This document shows, one piece after another, positions 17,925 through 27,417 of a DNA stretch of 64,000 nucleotides. A model generated the notes under the pieces. It was not told where the DNA came from, ran no database searches, and was given only the letters and a program-made list of their open reading frames with translations. The stretch is from Thermoplasmata archaeon. Lineage in GTDB: Archaea; Thermoplasmatota; Thermoplasmata; Lutacidiplasmatales; UBA184. The stretch spans positions 3,480 to 67,479 of the forward strand of contig JBAUZT010000005.1 in assembly GCA_049585415.1 (NCBI GenBank), read 5' to 3'. How positions within the stretch are numbered: the stretch's first letter is position 1; each line of letters starts with the position of its first letter. A program made the translations under genes and the position numbers.

Positions 17925-18046
17925 GGGCCGGCGTCCCACCGCGCCTCCGTACAAGGCTTTTTGCGCGCGAGAGTCCCTCGGACGGACCGGTGGGCGGACG
18001 CGTTCGCAAAGGTTATCGCTCGGGCCTCGTACGCGCGACCGGTCGT

Positions 18047-18131
18047 GCAGGGGTGGCCCAGCTTGGTCAAAGGCGCCAGGTTGAGGTCCTGGTCTCGTAG
18101 GAGTTCGTGAGTTCAAATCTCACCCCCTGCA
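18047..18131 (+). tRNA. tRNA-Leu (anticodon GAG)
   Basis: Manually folded. Acceptor stem GCAGGGG/CCCCTGC, anticodon stem-loop CCAGG-TTGAGGT-CCTGG, long variable arm TCTCGTAGGAGTTC, T-arm GTGAG-TTCAAAT-CTCAC, discriminator A. 85 nt. Confidence 0.85.
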
Positions 18132-18149
18132 TACCTTTCGGAAGATCCG

Positions 18150-19256
18150 ATGGCCGACCCCTCCCCTGTTTGCCCGCACTGCGGCGCCCCGGTCCCGGAG
18201 TACGCCTTCGTCTGCCCGACGTGCCACACCCCGCTCGACGAACCGGCGCCCCAGCCCGCTCCGCCCGTCGCCGAGGCCGCGCCGACCCCGGCCCCGCATC
18301 CGACGCCCTCCTCCGACCCGCCGTCCGAGACGAAGGACGAGACGCCGCCCGCGGAGACGGCGGAACCTCCGGCCGTTGCCCCGGACGTGACCTCGGACAT
18401 CCCTCTGCCGCGGGAGCGCCCGAGCACGAAGTCCCCGGCCCGCCGAAGCTCGACGCCCCCCGCCAACCCGTTCGCCGCAGAACTCGCGCGCCGCCTGGCC
18501 CGGGTCGCCCAATGGGCGGAAGGCGCGGCGCCGCTCGGAGTCCAGATCCCGAAGCTCCCCGAATGGGCCGAGGAGGCCGCTCGGACGTCGTGGAACCCCG
18601 AGCCGTGGGCCGAGGCCGTGCGCGGGATCGAACGGATCGCCCAGAAGCGGATCGTCGCCGGGTTCGAGGAGTGGCAGAAGCGCACGCGCGCCCGACTGAC
18701 CCGCCTCGAGGCGTACGCCGTCGATAGCCGGCTCGAACGCGACCAGATCGAGGACACGCTCCACGCCGCGCGGACCGGGGACATCGCGCAGGCGCTCTCG
18801 ACGTTCCAGCAGGTCGACCGCGTCGTCGCCCTCAAAGAGCGGCACCTCGACCAGGCGCGCGAGGAGCTCGAACGCGTCGTCGCGCTCCTCCGCGATATGC
18901 AGGCCCTCGGCGTCGACCCCCCGTCGGACCCGACCACGGTCGAGGAGGACCTCGAGAGCGAGCTGCGCGCGGGAAAGCTCGCCCCGCTGAAGCAGCAGAT
19001 CCGCACGCTCCGCCTGCAGGCCGTCAACCGGCTCAAGGCCGGACTCCCCCGGTACATCTCCGAGTACGGCGACTACCTGCTCGACGAGCGGGCCCACGGG
19101 GTCGCGACCGAGCTCGAGGCGATCGAGCTCGCCCGCGGCGCGCGCGAATTCTTCCGCGGGCATCCCGAGGAGGGGCTGCGCCGCCTCCGGGCGCTCCAGC
19201 AGACCCACGGCCTGCCGCCGAGCCGCGCCGCCCGCTCGACCACCGGTCGACGTTAG
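18150..19256 (+). CDS. Hypothetical protein: N-terminal zinc ribbon, Pro/Ala-rich linker, C-terminal helical (coiled-coil-like) region
   Basis: CPHCGAPVPEYAFVCPTCHTPL zinc ribbon, then a roughly 90-aa Pro-rich low-complexity linker, then an Arg/Glu/Leu-rich helical domain. The antisense ORFs in this region are Arg/Gly-rich shadows. Confidence 0.5.
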   Translation: MADPSPVCPHCGAPVPEYAFVCPTCHTPLDEPAPQPAPPVAEAAPTPAPHPTPSSDPPSETKDETPPAETAEPPAVAPDVTSDIPLPRERPSTKSPARRSSTPPANPFAAELARRLARVAQWAEGAAPLGVQIPKLPEWAEEAARTSWNPEPWAEAVRGIERIAQKRIVAGFEEWQKRTRARLTRLEAYAVDSRLERDQIEDTLHAARTGDIAQALSTFQQVDRVVALKERHLDQAREELERVVALLRDMQALGVDPPSDPTTVEEDLESELRAGKLAPLKQQIRTLRLQAVNRLKAGLPRYISEYGDYLLDERAHGVATELEAIELARGAREFFRGHPEEGLRRLRALQQTHGLPPSRAARSTTGRR

Positions 19257-19828
19257 AGGATCCGCTCGAAGAGCCGGACGTCCTCGCTCCACTCGTGCTT
19301 GTGGAGGACCCCGCACTCGTTGAACCCGAGGTGCTTCAACAGGGCGGAGACCGCGGTGAGACGCGCGAGGCCGTCCGCCCAGACCTCGGTCGCGTTGGCG
19401 TGGCGCGCCCACTCGACTCCGGCGGACACGAGCGCGCTCCCGATCCCCTGGCGCCGGGCCATCGGGTCGACCGCGAGGCTGACCAGATGGCAGTTGCCGC
19501 GCTCGACCTCGCAGCCGATGACTCCGACGAGCCGCCCGTCCCGGCGCGCGGCGAAGTAGGTGACGCCCTCCATCCAGCTCGTGAACTCGAGCGGCGTGGG
19601 CTGCCAGGATTTCACGAGGTCGGTCGGGAGCCCCGTCGCGGGAGGGGATTCCCAGACCCGTCGGTAGAGCGAGCAGATCTCGGGGACGTCCTGGTGGGTG
19701 ATCCGCTCGACGACGAGAGCGGTGGGGAGGGGCTTCTCGGCCGGCGGTGGCGGTCGCTCTCCTCCCCGGTCGGACCCGTGCAACGCGGCCAAGCTAGGAA
19801 CTCCGGTGAGGTGCGGTACCGGTGCCAC
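19253..19828 (-). CDS. GNAT-family N-acetyltransferase
   Basis: Acetyl-CoA binding motif LAVDPMARRQGIGSALV; true start may be an internal Met. Confidence 0.7.
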   Translation of the reverse strand: MAPVPHLTGVPSLAALHGSDRGGERPPPPAEKPLPTALVVERITHQDVPEICSLYRRVWESPPATGLPTDLVKSWQPTPLEFTSWMEGVTYFAARRDGRLVGVIGCEVERGNCHLVSLAVDPMARRQGIGSALVSAGVEWARHANATEVWADGLARLTAVSALLKHLGFNECGVLHKHEWSEDVRLFERIL

Positions 19829-19881
19829 GCTCGCCCGCGCTATTGAACCTTACCCCTCGACGGGTCGTCCGGCGCGTCGGA

Positions 19882-21186
19882 CTACGGTGTGTGGCGCGAC
19901 GGAGTGCGCGGAAATGGCGTCGCGTCGCGAATATGCTCGAGCCGGAGCATCCAGCGCAGGATCCGTTCGACCCCGAGGCCGAAGCCGGCGTGCGGGATGT
20001 TCCCGTGACGTCGCAGGTCGAGATACCACTCGTACTCTTCGGGGTTCGCGCCGATCTCCTCGATCCGCTCGCGCAATCGCGGGAGGTTCGTCTCGCGGCA
20101 CGACGCGCCGACGATCTCGCCGTACCCTTCCGGCGCGAGCAGGTCGGCCGCTTCGACCGTCCGCGGGTCGGCGGGCGTGCGCTCCATGTAGAACGCCTTC
20201 AGTTCCCGGGGATAGCGGGTGACGAAGATCGGGAGTCGCTCCTCGAGGGTCAGCACCCGCTCCTCGGCCGTAGCGAGGTCGCTGCCCCACCGGACCGGGA
20301 GCCCCTGTGCGGCGAGCTTCGCGATGGCGTCCGCGTACGAGAGTCGGGGGAACGGCGCTTGGATCCGGAGCATCTCCTCGGGGGCTCGACCGAGCGTCCG
20401 GAGCTCCGTGGGGCGTCGCTCGGCGACGGAGTGGCAGATCTGGACGACCATCCGCTCGATGAAATCCATGAGGCCCTCGAGGTCGCACCACGCGAGCTCG
20501 ACCTCGAGGTGCTGGAACTCGGTGATGTGCCGGGGCGTCCGCGACTTCTCCGCACGGAACGACGGCGTGAGCGAGTAGACCCGTTCGTGCGGGGCGAGCA
20601 TCGCCTCGAGGTAGAGCTGGGCGGTCTGGGAGAGGTACCCCGGACGTCCGAAGTAGTCGATCTGGAACGCCTCGGCGCCGCCTTCGGCGGGGTTCCCGGT
20701 GAGCACGGGCGGGGTCACTTCGAGGACGTCCTCGGTCGTGAGGAACTCCCGCGTCGCCCGGAGTACCTCGGCCTTGATCCGGAACGTCGCGACGTGCTCC
20801 GGCGAACGGATCACGAGGTGCCGTTTATCGAGGCGGAACTCCTCGGTCTGTTCCTGGAAGATCGGGAACGGAAGTCCGGCGTCGTGGATCGTGATCGTGC
20901 TCGCCCTCACTTCGCGGCCGCCCGGCGCCCTCGGGTCGTTCGCCACCGTGCCCTCGACCTCGATCGCTCCCTCGACCTGGACGTGCTCGGCCGCATCGAA
21001 CGCCTCGGCGCCGAGCGTGTCCTTCTTGCCGGTGACCTGGACCGTCCCCGAGCGGTCCCGGAGGAGGAGGAAGAGGATCCCTCCCGACGAGCGGGAGTTC
21101 CGGACCCATCCCCGGACCCGCACCGTCGTGCCGACCGCCTCCGGAGCGAAGACGCGGGAGATCGAGGCGATCTCGGGCGCGGTCAC
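19882..21186 (-). CDS. aspS: Aspartate--tRNA ligase, archaeal type (class IIb Asp/Asn-RS)
   Basis: N-terminal OB anticodon-binding domain plus class II motifs (…FRAEKSRTPRHITEFQHLEVE…GFGLGVERI). 434 aa, typical of archaeal AspRS. Confidence 0.88.
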   Translation of the reverse strand: MTAPEIASISRVFAPEAVGTTVRVRGWVRNSRSSGGILFLLLRDRSGTVQVTGKKDTLGAEAFDAAEHVQVEGAIEVEGTVANDPRAPGGREVRASTITIHDAGLPFPIFQEQTEEFRLDKRHLVIRSPEHVATFRIKAEVLRATREFLTTEDVLEVTPPVLTGNPAEGGAEAFQIDYFGRPGYLSQTAQLYLEAMLAPHERVYSLTPSFRAEKSRTPRHITEFQHLEVELAWCDLEGLMDFIERMVVQICHSVAERRPTELRTLGRAPEEMLRIQAPFPRLSYADAIAKLAAQGLPVRWGSDLATAEERVLTLEERLPIFVTRYPRELKAFYMERTPADPRTVEAADLLAPEGYGEIVGASCRETNLPRLRERIEEIGANPEEYEWYLDLRRHGNIPHAGFGLGVERILRWMLRLEHIRDATPFPRTPSRHTP

Positions 21187-21491
21187 TGATACTCACGCCA
21201 CTTGTATCCGCACTTCGTGCACTCGAAGATCCGGGTCTCGGGCTCGTCAGAGCCGCGCGTCTGGCGCAGCACCCAATAGGCCTTCGAGTTGCCGCACTTC
21301 GCGCAGAGCTCGTCGGCGGTCGGGAGCGTCACCGTCTTCGTGTCGACAACGGCCATCTCCCGCCCTTCCGGCGTCGAGCGGCCGACCTCGACGCCTCGGC
21401 CGAGCGGCACCTTCCGGCCGCACGAGGAGCACTTCCAGACCCCGGCGGCGCGGTCCGGACGCATGAGGCGCTTGCAATGGGGACAGAACAT
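21183..21491 (-). CDS. tfs: Transcription factor S (TFS; RPB9/TFIIS-like zinc-ribbon protein)
   Basis: N-terminal CPHC…CSSC ribbon and C-terminal TFIIS-type ribbon RGSDEPETRIFECTKCGYKW. Stop overlaps the aspS start (ATGA-type coupling). Confidence 0.85.
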   Translation of the reverse strand: MFCPHCKRLMRPDRAAGVWKCSSCGRKVPLGRGVEVGRSTPEGREMAVVDTKTVTLPTADELCAKCGNSKAYWVLRQTRGSDEPETRIFECTKCGYKWREYQ

Positions 21492-21539
21492 GGAGGCCGA
21501 TATCACCGGGAGGACCGTATTTAAGGATGGGCGGCCGGA

Positions 21540-22946
21540 TCAGCCGATCAACTGGTCGGCGGTGCCCGCGCTCGAGGGGGGCGAGGCCGCCGGAGCGACG
21601 CTCAGGGGGAGCGGCGACGATTTCGCTCCCGGTGACACGAGCTGGCGCACATGCTCGACGCGCCGCGAGAGGTCCTCCTTCGTCCCGATGTCGTGACGCA
21701 CGTAGTACTCCCCGCGGACGTGCCGGAGCGCGGCCTCGACCCGCGTACCCGCTTCGTGGATCGCGCTCGCCTCGCCGACCAGCGCAACCCCGCGAGAGGA
21801 GCCGAGACGCACCGCGCCGGGGCCCGCGGCCTCGACCGAGCCGTAGAAGACGTGCACCCCCTCGTCCTCGATCGCGGTGGTGTCGAGCTCGAGCATCCCG
21901 CCCGGTTTCGGTCGGTCCCCGTAGCCCGGAGGTACGAGGTACTTGACGACGGTCGACCGGAGTCGGAAGCGCACGAGGTTCGGGTCGACCCGTCCCGTCG
22001 CGACGCCGTGGAGGAACTCCGCGAAGTTCCCCTCCTCGTACAGCGTGAGCGCGTTGATCCCTTCCGGGTCCCCGAGCCGGGCGTTGTACTCGACGAGGCG
22101 CGGGCCCCGCGCCGTGAGCATGAATCCCCCGTAGAGGATCCCGCGGTACGAGACTCCGTCCGCCCGCAGTCCCTCGGCGGTGCGCTTGAGGATGTCGACC
22201 GCGGCGTCCCGGTCCGCCTTGGGGAGGAACGGCAGGAGGTGGTCGCGCTGGGAGTACGAGCCCATCCCGCCGGTGTTCCGGCCGCGGTCGCCCTCGAGCG
22301 CCCGCTTAAAATCCTGGACCGCGGGCATCGGGTAGATTCCGCTGTCGGTGACGAACGCCATCTGGCTGAACTCCTCGCCCTCGAGCTTCTCCTCGATCAG
22401 GACCTGTCCGCCCTGCAGGAGGAGCGATTTCGCGTACGTCGCTCCCTCCTTCGGTTCCGCGAAATCGGCGCCCTGCACCCAGACGCCCTTGCCCGCGGTG
22501 AGGCCATCCGGCTTCACGACGAACGCTCCGCCGATCTCGGCGACCGCTCGATCGACCTCGTCGACCGTCGCGGCACCGATGACCTTCGGCGAGGCGTCGA
22601 TCCCGTGCCGAGCGAGGAATTCTCGGGTGTAGAGCTTGGACGTCTCGAGCCGGGCGCCGTCCCTCGAGGGGCCGACGGTCGGGATCTCGGCGGCCCGCAG
22701 CGCATCGGCGACTCCCGCGGCGAGCGGCGCCTCCGGGCCGATGACCGCGACCGCCGCGCGCTCCTGGCGAGCGAACGCGACGACCCGGGGCCCGTCGTTC
22801 GGGTCCACGCGGAGCGCGGCGACCGCGATCCGGTCGATCCCGGGGTTCGCGTTCGTGCTCGCGGCGAGGATCTCCGCGCCCGCGCGTTCGAGCGTCGCGG
22901 CGATCGCGTGCTCTCGCGCTCCACCGCCGACGACCAGGAATCGCAT
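21540..22946 (-). CDS. purD: Phosphoribosylamine--glycine ligase
   Basis: MRFLVVGGGAREHA N-terminus, ATP-grasp core, 468 aa. Confidence 0.9.
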   Translation of the reverse strand: MRFLVVGGGAREHAIAATLERAGAEILAASTNANPGIDRIAVAALRVDPNDGPRVVAFARQERAAVAVIGPEAPLAAGVADALRAAEIPTVGPSRDGARLETSKLYTREFLARHGIDASPKVIGAATVDEVDRAVAEIGGAFVVKPDGLTAGKGVWVQGADFAEPKEGATYAKSLLLQGGQVLIEEKLEGEEFSQMAFVTDSGIYPMPAVQDFKRALEGDRGRNTGGMGSYSQRDHLLPFLPKADRDAAVDILKRTAEGLRADGVSYRGILYGGFMLTARGPRLVEYNARLGDPEGINALTLYEEGNFAEFLHGVATGRVDPNLVRFRLRSTVVKYLVPPGYGDRPKPGGMLELDTTAIEDEGVHVFYGSVEAAGPGAVRLGSSRGVALVGEASAIHEAGTRVEAALRHVRGEYYVRHDIGTKEDLSRRVEHVRQLVSPGAKSSPLPLSVAPAASPPSSAGTADQLIG

Positions 22947-23069
22947 ACGGGTCGCCTCCCCGGAGGTGGCGAGAGTTAAATGGGCGTCGGGCCGCCCGAC
23001 CGCCGGCGAGCGTTCGCTCCCGCCACCCTTAAGAACCGAGCGAAGGTGGCCCGACCCCCGGAGCCTTCG

Positions 23070-23357
23070 ATGGAGCTACGCGTCGTCGAGAAATCCAACG
23101 AGCTGTTGCGCGTGGAGCTTCCGCGGGGCGAAGAGACGCTCCTGATCCCGCTGGTCGAAGCGCTCCAGAAGGAAGAGAAGGTCGTCGAGGCGCGGTACTA
23201 TCTCGGCCATCCGTATCTCGAGCGGCCGACGCTCGTCGTGAAGACCAAGGGAGAGAAGCCCCAGCAGGTCCTGAAGCGGGTCTTGAAGGACCTCGCCGAC
23301 CTCTACGGCGACCTCCTGACCGACTTCGAGAAGAAGGCGGACAAGGTCAAGGCGTAG
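23070..23357 (+). CDS. rpoL: DNA-directed RNA polymerase subunit L (Rpo11)
   Basis: MELRVVEKSNELLRVELPRGEETLLIPLVEALQ… matches archaeal RpoL/Rpb11. Start at MELRV; the upstream extension of the ORF-track entry is rejected. Confidence 0.85.
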   Translation: MELRVVEKSNELLRVELPRGEETLLIPLVEALQKEEKVVEARYYLGHPYLERPTLVVKTKGEKPQQVLKRVLKDLADLYGDLLTDFEKKADKVKA

Positions 23358-23373
23358 CGAGGGCGCCCACGCG

Positions 23374-24048
23374 ATGCTGAAGGAGTGCGCCCAACACGGG
23401 TACTTCCGCGCGGAGACGTGCCCGGTCTGCGGGCAGCCCGGTCGGTTCCTCATGAACGACCGCGAGCTCGACCACCTCGGCCGGATCCTCACGGGGATCC
23501 TCCGCCACTTCCCGGACCGCTACCAGCTCACGGTGGACGAGCGGGGGTGGATCTCCCTGCCGCAGATTGTCCGCGCGATCTCCCAGAAGCATCCCCCCTA
23601 TCACTGGCTCCGCACCCAGCACCTGGTCGCGATCGCCGAGACCGACCCGAAGGGACGGTACGAGGTCCGGGACGACCGGATCCGCGCGACGTACGCCCAC
23701 ACGATCGAGGTCGAGCTCGACCTGCCGACCGAGAACATCCCGGACCAGCTGTTCTATCCGGTCACCGAGGAGGAGTCCGCGATCGTCCTCGAGGTCGGTC
23801 TGAAGCCGTCGGACCGGAAGAAGGTCCACCTTTCGAAGACCGCGCGCGACGCGCACTCCGCGGGCTCGGTACGGACTCCCCAGCCGGTGATCCTCGAGGT
23901 CGATGCCCACCGCGCCCGCGCGGACGGGATCGTGATCATGCAAGCCGGAAAGACCGTCTTCCTCGTCGACCGGGTCCCCCCCGAGTACCTCCACCGCATC
24001 GAGTTCACTCCCCCGGCGGACGAAGCGCCCGCCGCGGGCAACGACTAG
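23374..24048 (+). CDS. kptA: RNA 2'-phosphotransferase KptA/Tpt1-like, with N-terminal zinc ribbon
   Basis: LGRILTGILRHFPDRYQLTVDERGWISLPQIV and …KKVHLSKT… motifs resemble KptA. The TAG stop is formed at the IS630 insertion junction. Confidence 0.65.
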   Translation: MLKECAQHGYFRAETCPVCGQPGRFLMNDRELDHLGRILTGILRHFPDRYQLTVDERGWISLPQIVRAISQKHPPYHWLRTQHLVAIAETDPKGRYEVRDDRIRATYAHTIEVELDLPTENIPDQLFYPVTEEESAIVLEVGLKPSDRKKVHLSKTARDAHSAGSVRTPQPVILEVDAHRARADGIVIMQAGKTVFLVDRVPPEYLHRIEFTPPADEAPAAGND

Positions 24049-25103
24049 TGCCGCACCCACAAACATCGTTTGACCTTGTGGACGGGCGCTGAGTGTTTGG
24101 CGTTGAGCTCGCGCATCGCCATCTGAATGGCGGCTCCCAAGGGCCGCCACTCTCGGAAGTCCGACCCCGTCAGGGCCATCTGACGGATCGAGCGGAAGTG
24201 GGTCTCGATCGGGTTCATGTGCGAGGAGTTCGTCGGGATCGGCACGAGGGAGATCTTCAGCCGTCGGGCCTCTCTCAGCGCCTCCGGGGTCGTGTGCGTG
24301 GAGAGGTTGTCCTGGATCAGGAAGATCCGTTCGTCCGGGGGATACCACCGCCGCACGTAGCGCAGGAACCTCACCCAGTTCGTTCCGCTCTTCCTCGGCG
24401 AGAGATACCCTCGCAGGACCTTGTGGAAGTAGTCGTACATCCCCATCAGGTGGCGGACTCCCATCGTCCGCTTGTAGGTCGCACGGACTCGGTCGGGGTG
24501 CCCCGACCGAGCCCACGTGCGACCTCCGTACGGCTTGAGGGAGATCGGACCCATCTCGTCGACCGCCACCACGATCGGAGGGTTGTGCTCGCGGTTCATG
24601 AGGGCCCTCAGCCGCTTCACTTTCTCTCGGAACTTGGGGTCCTTGCTCTGCTTCCAGGTCTTCACGGCCTGGAAGGAGACCGCTTCCTCGTGGAGGATCT
24701 CTCGCAACCGCTCCTTCGAGATTGACTCGACGATCCCGAACATCACCGCCGAGCTCTGCAGCCGCTCGAGCGTCCACGGGCCGAAGGCGTACCCGTGGTC
24801 CTTCGGAGGGGAGAGCGCGAGGTCCACCAGGGCTTGGCGAATGGGCCGAGTGAAGGTGGGTGGGCGGCCGCCCGCCCGATTCGGGTAGAGGGCGTCCCGT
24901 CCTATTCGATCGAAGTCCTTGATGACCCGACGGACCCACGCCTCGCTCCAGAAGACCATGGCCGCGATCTTCGGCGGAGAGAACCCTTGGTTGGAGTGCA
25001 GCACCACCTGAGCCCGTCGCATGACGGTCGGGTCCCGGGTGCGGTTCATCAGGCGGTTGATCGACTCTCCTTCCTCCGCCGGGAGGTCACGGACGCGCAG
25101 CAT
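24045..25103 (-). CDS. IS630/Tc1-mariner family DDE transposase
   Basis: N-terminal HTH, catalytic motifs VVAVDEMG, IFLIQDNLSTH and SHMNPIE (DD…E with NPIE). The ORF runs to the very end of the element; its stop TAG is completed by the target-derived TA plus the flanking base. Confidence 0.9.
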   Translation of the reverse strand: MLRVRDLPAEEGESINRLMNRTRDPTVMRRAQVVLHSNQGFSPPKIAAMVFWSEAWVRRVIKDFDRIGRDALYPNRAGGRPPTFTRPIRQALVDLALSPPKDHGYAFGPWTLERLQSSAVMFGIVESISKERLREILHEEAVSFQAVKTWKQSKDPKFREKVKRLRALMNREHNPPIVVAVDEMGPISLKPYGGRTWARSGHPDRVRATYKRTMGVRHLMGMYDYFHKVLRGYLSPRKSGTNWVRFLRYVRRWYPPDERIFLIQDNLSTHTTPEALREARRLKISLVPIPTNSSHMNPIETHFRSIRQMALTGSDFREWRPLGAAIQMAMRELNAKHSAPVHKVKRCLWVRH

Positions 25104-25187
25104 CGAGGAAGGGGTGAACCCCTTCCCCGGGAAAGTACTTTCGTCGGACGCTCAGGAATTCCTACAGTCGGTTTCCGGTCGCGGCAC
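24048..25187 (-). mobile_element. IS630-family insertion sequence (about 1140 bp) with imperfect terminal inverted repeats, flanked by a duplicated TA from a CTAG target
   Basis: Left end TA|GTGCCGCACCCACAAAC…; right end …GTTTCCGGTCGCGGCAC|TA. The terminal 9 nt are perfectly inverted (GTGCCGC…/…GCGGCAC), then degenerate to about 19 nt. Flanking bases reconstruct C-TA-G. Confidence 0.85.
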
Positions 25188-25816
25188 TAGACTCCGCCGT
25201 CCTCCGCGACGTCCGACTCGTACTCGGTCGAGACGTAGATCTCGATCGTCACGTGGCTGGACGCCGGCAGCGGGTTCGAGAACACGAAGTAGTACATGTC
25301 GGTGTATTCCGCGGCGAAGACGATCGGCCCCGCCCAGTTCGGGGTGTTGTTCCACTGGGTACCCGGGTTCCCCGTGCCGTTGGTGAACCACGACCACTCA
25401 CTCGAGTTGTAGATCGCGACCGCGATGTTCATCCCGGGAGGGGTCACCGCGCTGTAGTTGCCCTGGATGTAGTCCCCGCCCGTGATGTTCCCCGAGAGGA
25501 CCGTGTAGTTCCCGGGGCCGAGGACGTACGTCCCGGAGGTCGTGAGCGGGTCCGTTACCACCGGAGCCCCCGAGAGCGCGGCGGAGATGAGGGCGTAGGC
25601 GAGCAGGACGACGACCGCGATCACGATCAACGAACGGAACGTCGAAGTGAGCGCGATCCGGCGGCGCACGCGCTTCGGCGCCCGCTCGATCTCGCCGGCC
25701 CGTACGGGTCGGTCGGCGCCGCAGATCGGGCAGACCTTGGCCTCCGGTGGGAAGGCGCCGCCGCAGAAGCTGCACGAGCCCCACGTCACGGAGGAAGGCG
25801 GCTCGAGGTTCGGCAC
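25187..25816 (-). CDS. Hypothetical membrane-anchored protein: cytoplasmic zinc ribbon, one TM helix, extracellular domain rich in N-glycosylation sequons
   Basis: CSFCGG…CPICG ribbon, TM helix LIVIAVVVLLAYALISAAL, then NYT/NIT/NYS/NSS/NGT/NNT sequons. Confidence 0.55.
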   Translation of the reverse strand: MPNLEPPSSVTWGSCSFCGGAFPPEAKVCPICGADRPVRAGEIERAPKRVRRRIALTSTFRSLIVIAVVVLLAYALISAALSGAPVVTDPLTTSGTYVLGPGNYTVLSGNITGGDYIQGNYSAVTPPGMNIAVAIYNSSEWSWFTNGTGNPGTQWNNTPNWAGPIVFAAEYTDMYYFVFSNPLPASSHVTIEIYVSTEYESDVAEDGGV

Positions 25817-25892
25817 GTCGAGGCGACGACCCGGAGGGTATCTTTTCTGCTTTCGTACGAACCCGGGAGGCCCCGAGGGTCCCGCGGGCGGG

Positions 25893-27371
25893 CTAGCCCT
25901 TTCTCTTGCCCGTTCCGAGGTTGAGGAGCACGTTCTTACGTCGCGTGAACGGCTCGAGCGCGCGCTGTCCCTGTTCGAAACCGAGCCCGCTGCCCTTCAC
26001 GCCGGCGAACGGGGACTGGGGGAACGTCATCGGCGCCTCGTTCACGACGACCATGCCCGCCTCGATCCGGCGGGCGAGGGTGTGGGCGGTCGAAAGGTCG
26101 CGCGTCCAGAGCGCCGCCAACAGTCCGTAGGAAGTGTCGTTCGCCATCCGTACCGCCTCGTCGACGTCGGAGAACGACGCGACGGAGAGGACGGGGCCGA
26201 AGACCTCCTCTCGGGCCGCCTTGGCCGAGTCCGGCAGGTCCGCGAGGATGGTCGGGCGCACGAAGTTTCCTGCCCCGAGACGGCCCTCGGTCACCTTCGA
26301 GCCGCCGGTGACGACCGTGCCGCCGTTCGCGCGCGCGTCGTCCACGAACCCGAGAACATGCTCGGCGTGCTCCTTCGAGACGAGCGGCCCCATCTCCACG
26401 CCGTCCTCGAGCCCCGGACCGAGCCGGAGCGCTTCCGCGATCCCGCGAACCTTCTCGAGGAGCGGGACGCGGAGGCTCTCGTGCACGATCAGGCGGGACG
26501 CTGCCCAGCACATCTGACCGGCGTTCCCGAAGATCCCGTAGCCGATCGATTTCGCGGCGCGATCGACATCCGCATCGCCCAGGACGACCACCGGACCCTT
26601 TCCGCCCAGCTCCATCGTGGCCGGAACAAGGCGGCGCGCGGCGAGCTCCGCGATCCGAACCCCGACCTCGCCGCTCCCGGTGAACGTGACGGAACGGCAT
26701 CGGGGGTCGTCGACGAGCGCTTCGCCGACTTCCCCGCCGCTCCCGCTTAGGACGTTGAGGATCCCGTCGGGGATCCCGGCCTCCTTCGCCAGCCGGGCGA
26801 AAGCGAGGGCGGTGAGCGGCGTCAAGCTGGCCGGTTTCAGGACCGCCGCATTGCCGGCAGCGAGCGCCGGCGCGAGCGAACGGACCGAAAGGACGAGCGG
26901 GTAGTTCCACGGAGCGATATGGACCGTGACCCCGAGCGGCTCGCGAAGGGTGTAATCGAGCCGCGGACCCGGGACGGGGATCGTTTCGCCCTCGACCTTG
27001 TCCGCGAGGCCCGCGAAGTACTCGAGGGTGCGGACCACGTAGCCGAGGTCCCCACGCGACTCCCGGAGCGGCTTACCGACGTTCAATGTCTCGAGGCGCG
27101 CGAGCGATTCCGCCTGCGCTTCCACGAGGCCGGCCAGCTTCTGCAGCGCGCGGCCCCGCCGCGCGCCGTCGTCGCCCGCCCAACCGGACTCCCGGAACGC
27201 TCGGTCGGCCGCTTCCATCGCCGCGTGGGCGTCGTCGCGGGAGGCGACCGCGGTGATCGCCACGGGCGAGTTGGTCGCGGGGTCGAGGATCTCGCGGCGG
27301 GTCCCCTTCGTGCCCGGGGTCTCGCGTCCGCCGATGAACAGTTCGAACGAGCACGGGGTCGCCGCCGACAT
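25893..27371 (-). CDS. NAD(P)+-dependent aldehyde dehydrogenase
   Basis: Catalytic Glu ELGGKGP and Cys FGNAGQMCWAASR; 492 aa. Confidence 0.9.
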   Translation of the reverse strand: MSAATPCSFELFIGGRETPGTKGTRREILDPATNSPVAITAVASRDDAHAAMEAADRAFRESGWAGDDGARRGRALQKLAGLVEAQAESLARLETLNVGKPLRESRGDLGYVVRTLEYFAGLADKVEGETIPVPGPRLDYTLREPLGVTVHIAPWNYPLVLSVRSLAPALAAGNAAVLKPASLTPLTALAFARLAKEAGIPDGILNVLSGSGGEVGEALVDDPRCRSVTFTGSGEVGVRIAELAARRLVPATMELGGKGPVVVLGDADVDRAAKSIGYGIFGNAGQMCWAASRLIVHESLRVPLLEKVRGIAEALRLGPGLEDGVEMGPLVSKEHAEHVLGFVDDARANGGTVVTGGSKVTEGRLGAGNFVRPTILADLPDSAKAAREEVFGPVLSVASFSDVDEAVRMANDTSYGLLAALWTRDLSTAHTLARRIEAGMVVVNEAPMTFPQSPFAGVKGSGLGFEQGQRALEPFTRRKNVLLNLGTGKRKG

Positions 27372-27417
27372 GCTTCGGTCGGTCAGGCCCGGACGCCCAC
27401 TTAGCGGTTCGGAGGGG

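Noticed and set aside
17547-18116. Full 189-aa ORF-track entry for the Alba gene, and the plus-strand ORF 18107–18727
   Set aside because: The N-terminal 64 codons are low-complexity and run into the tRNA-Leu promoter region. Alba homology begins at the internal MAEEKRR. The 18107–18727 ORF overlaps tRNA-Leu and is Arg-rich junk.
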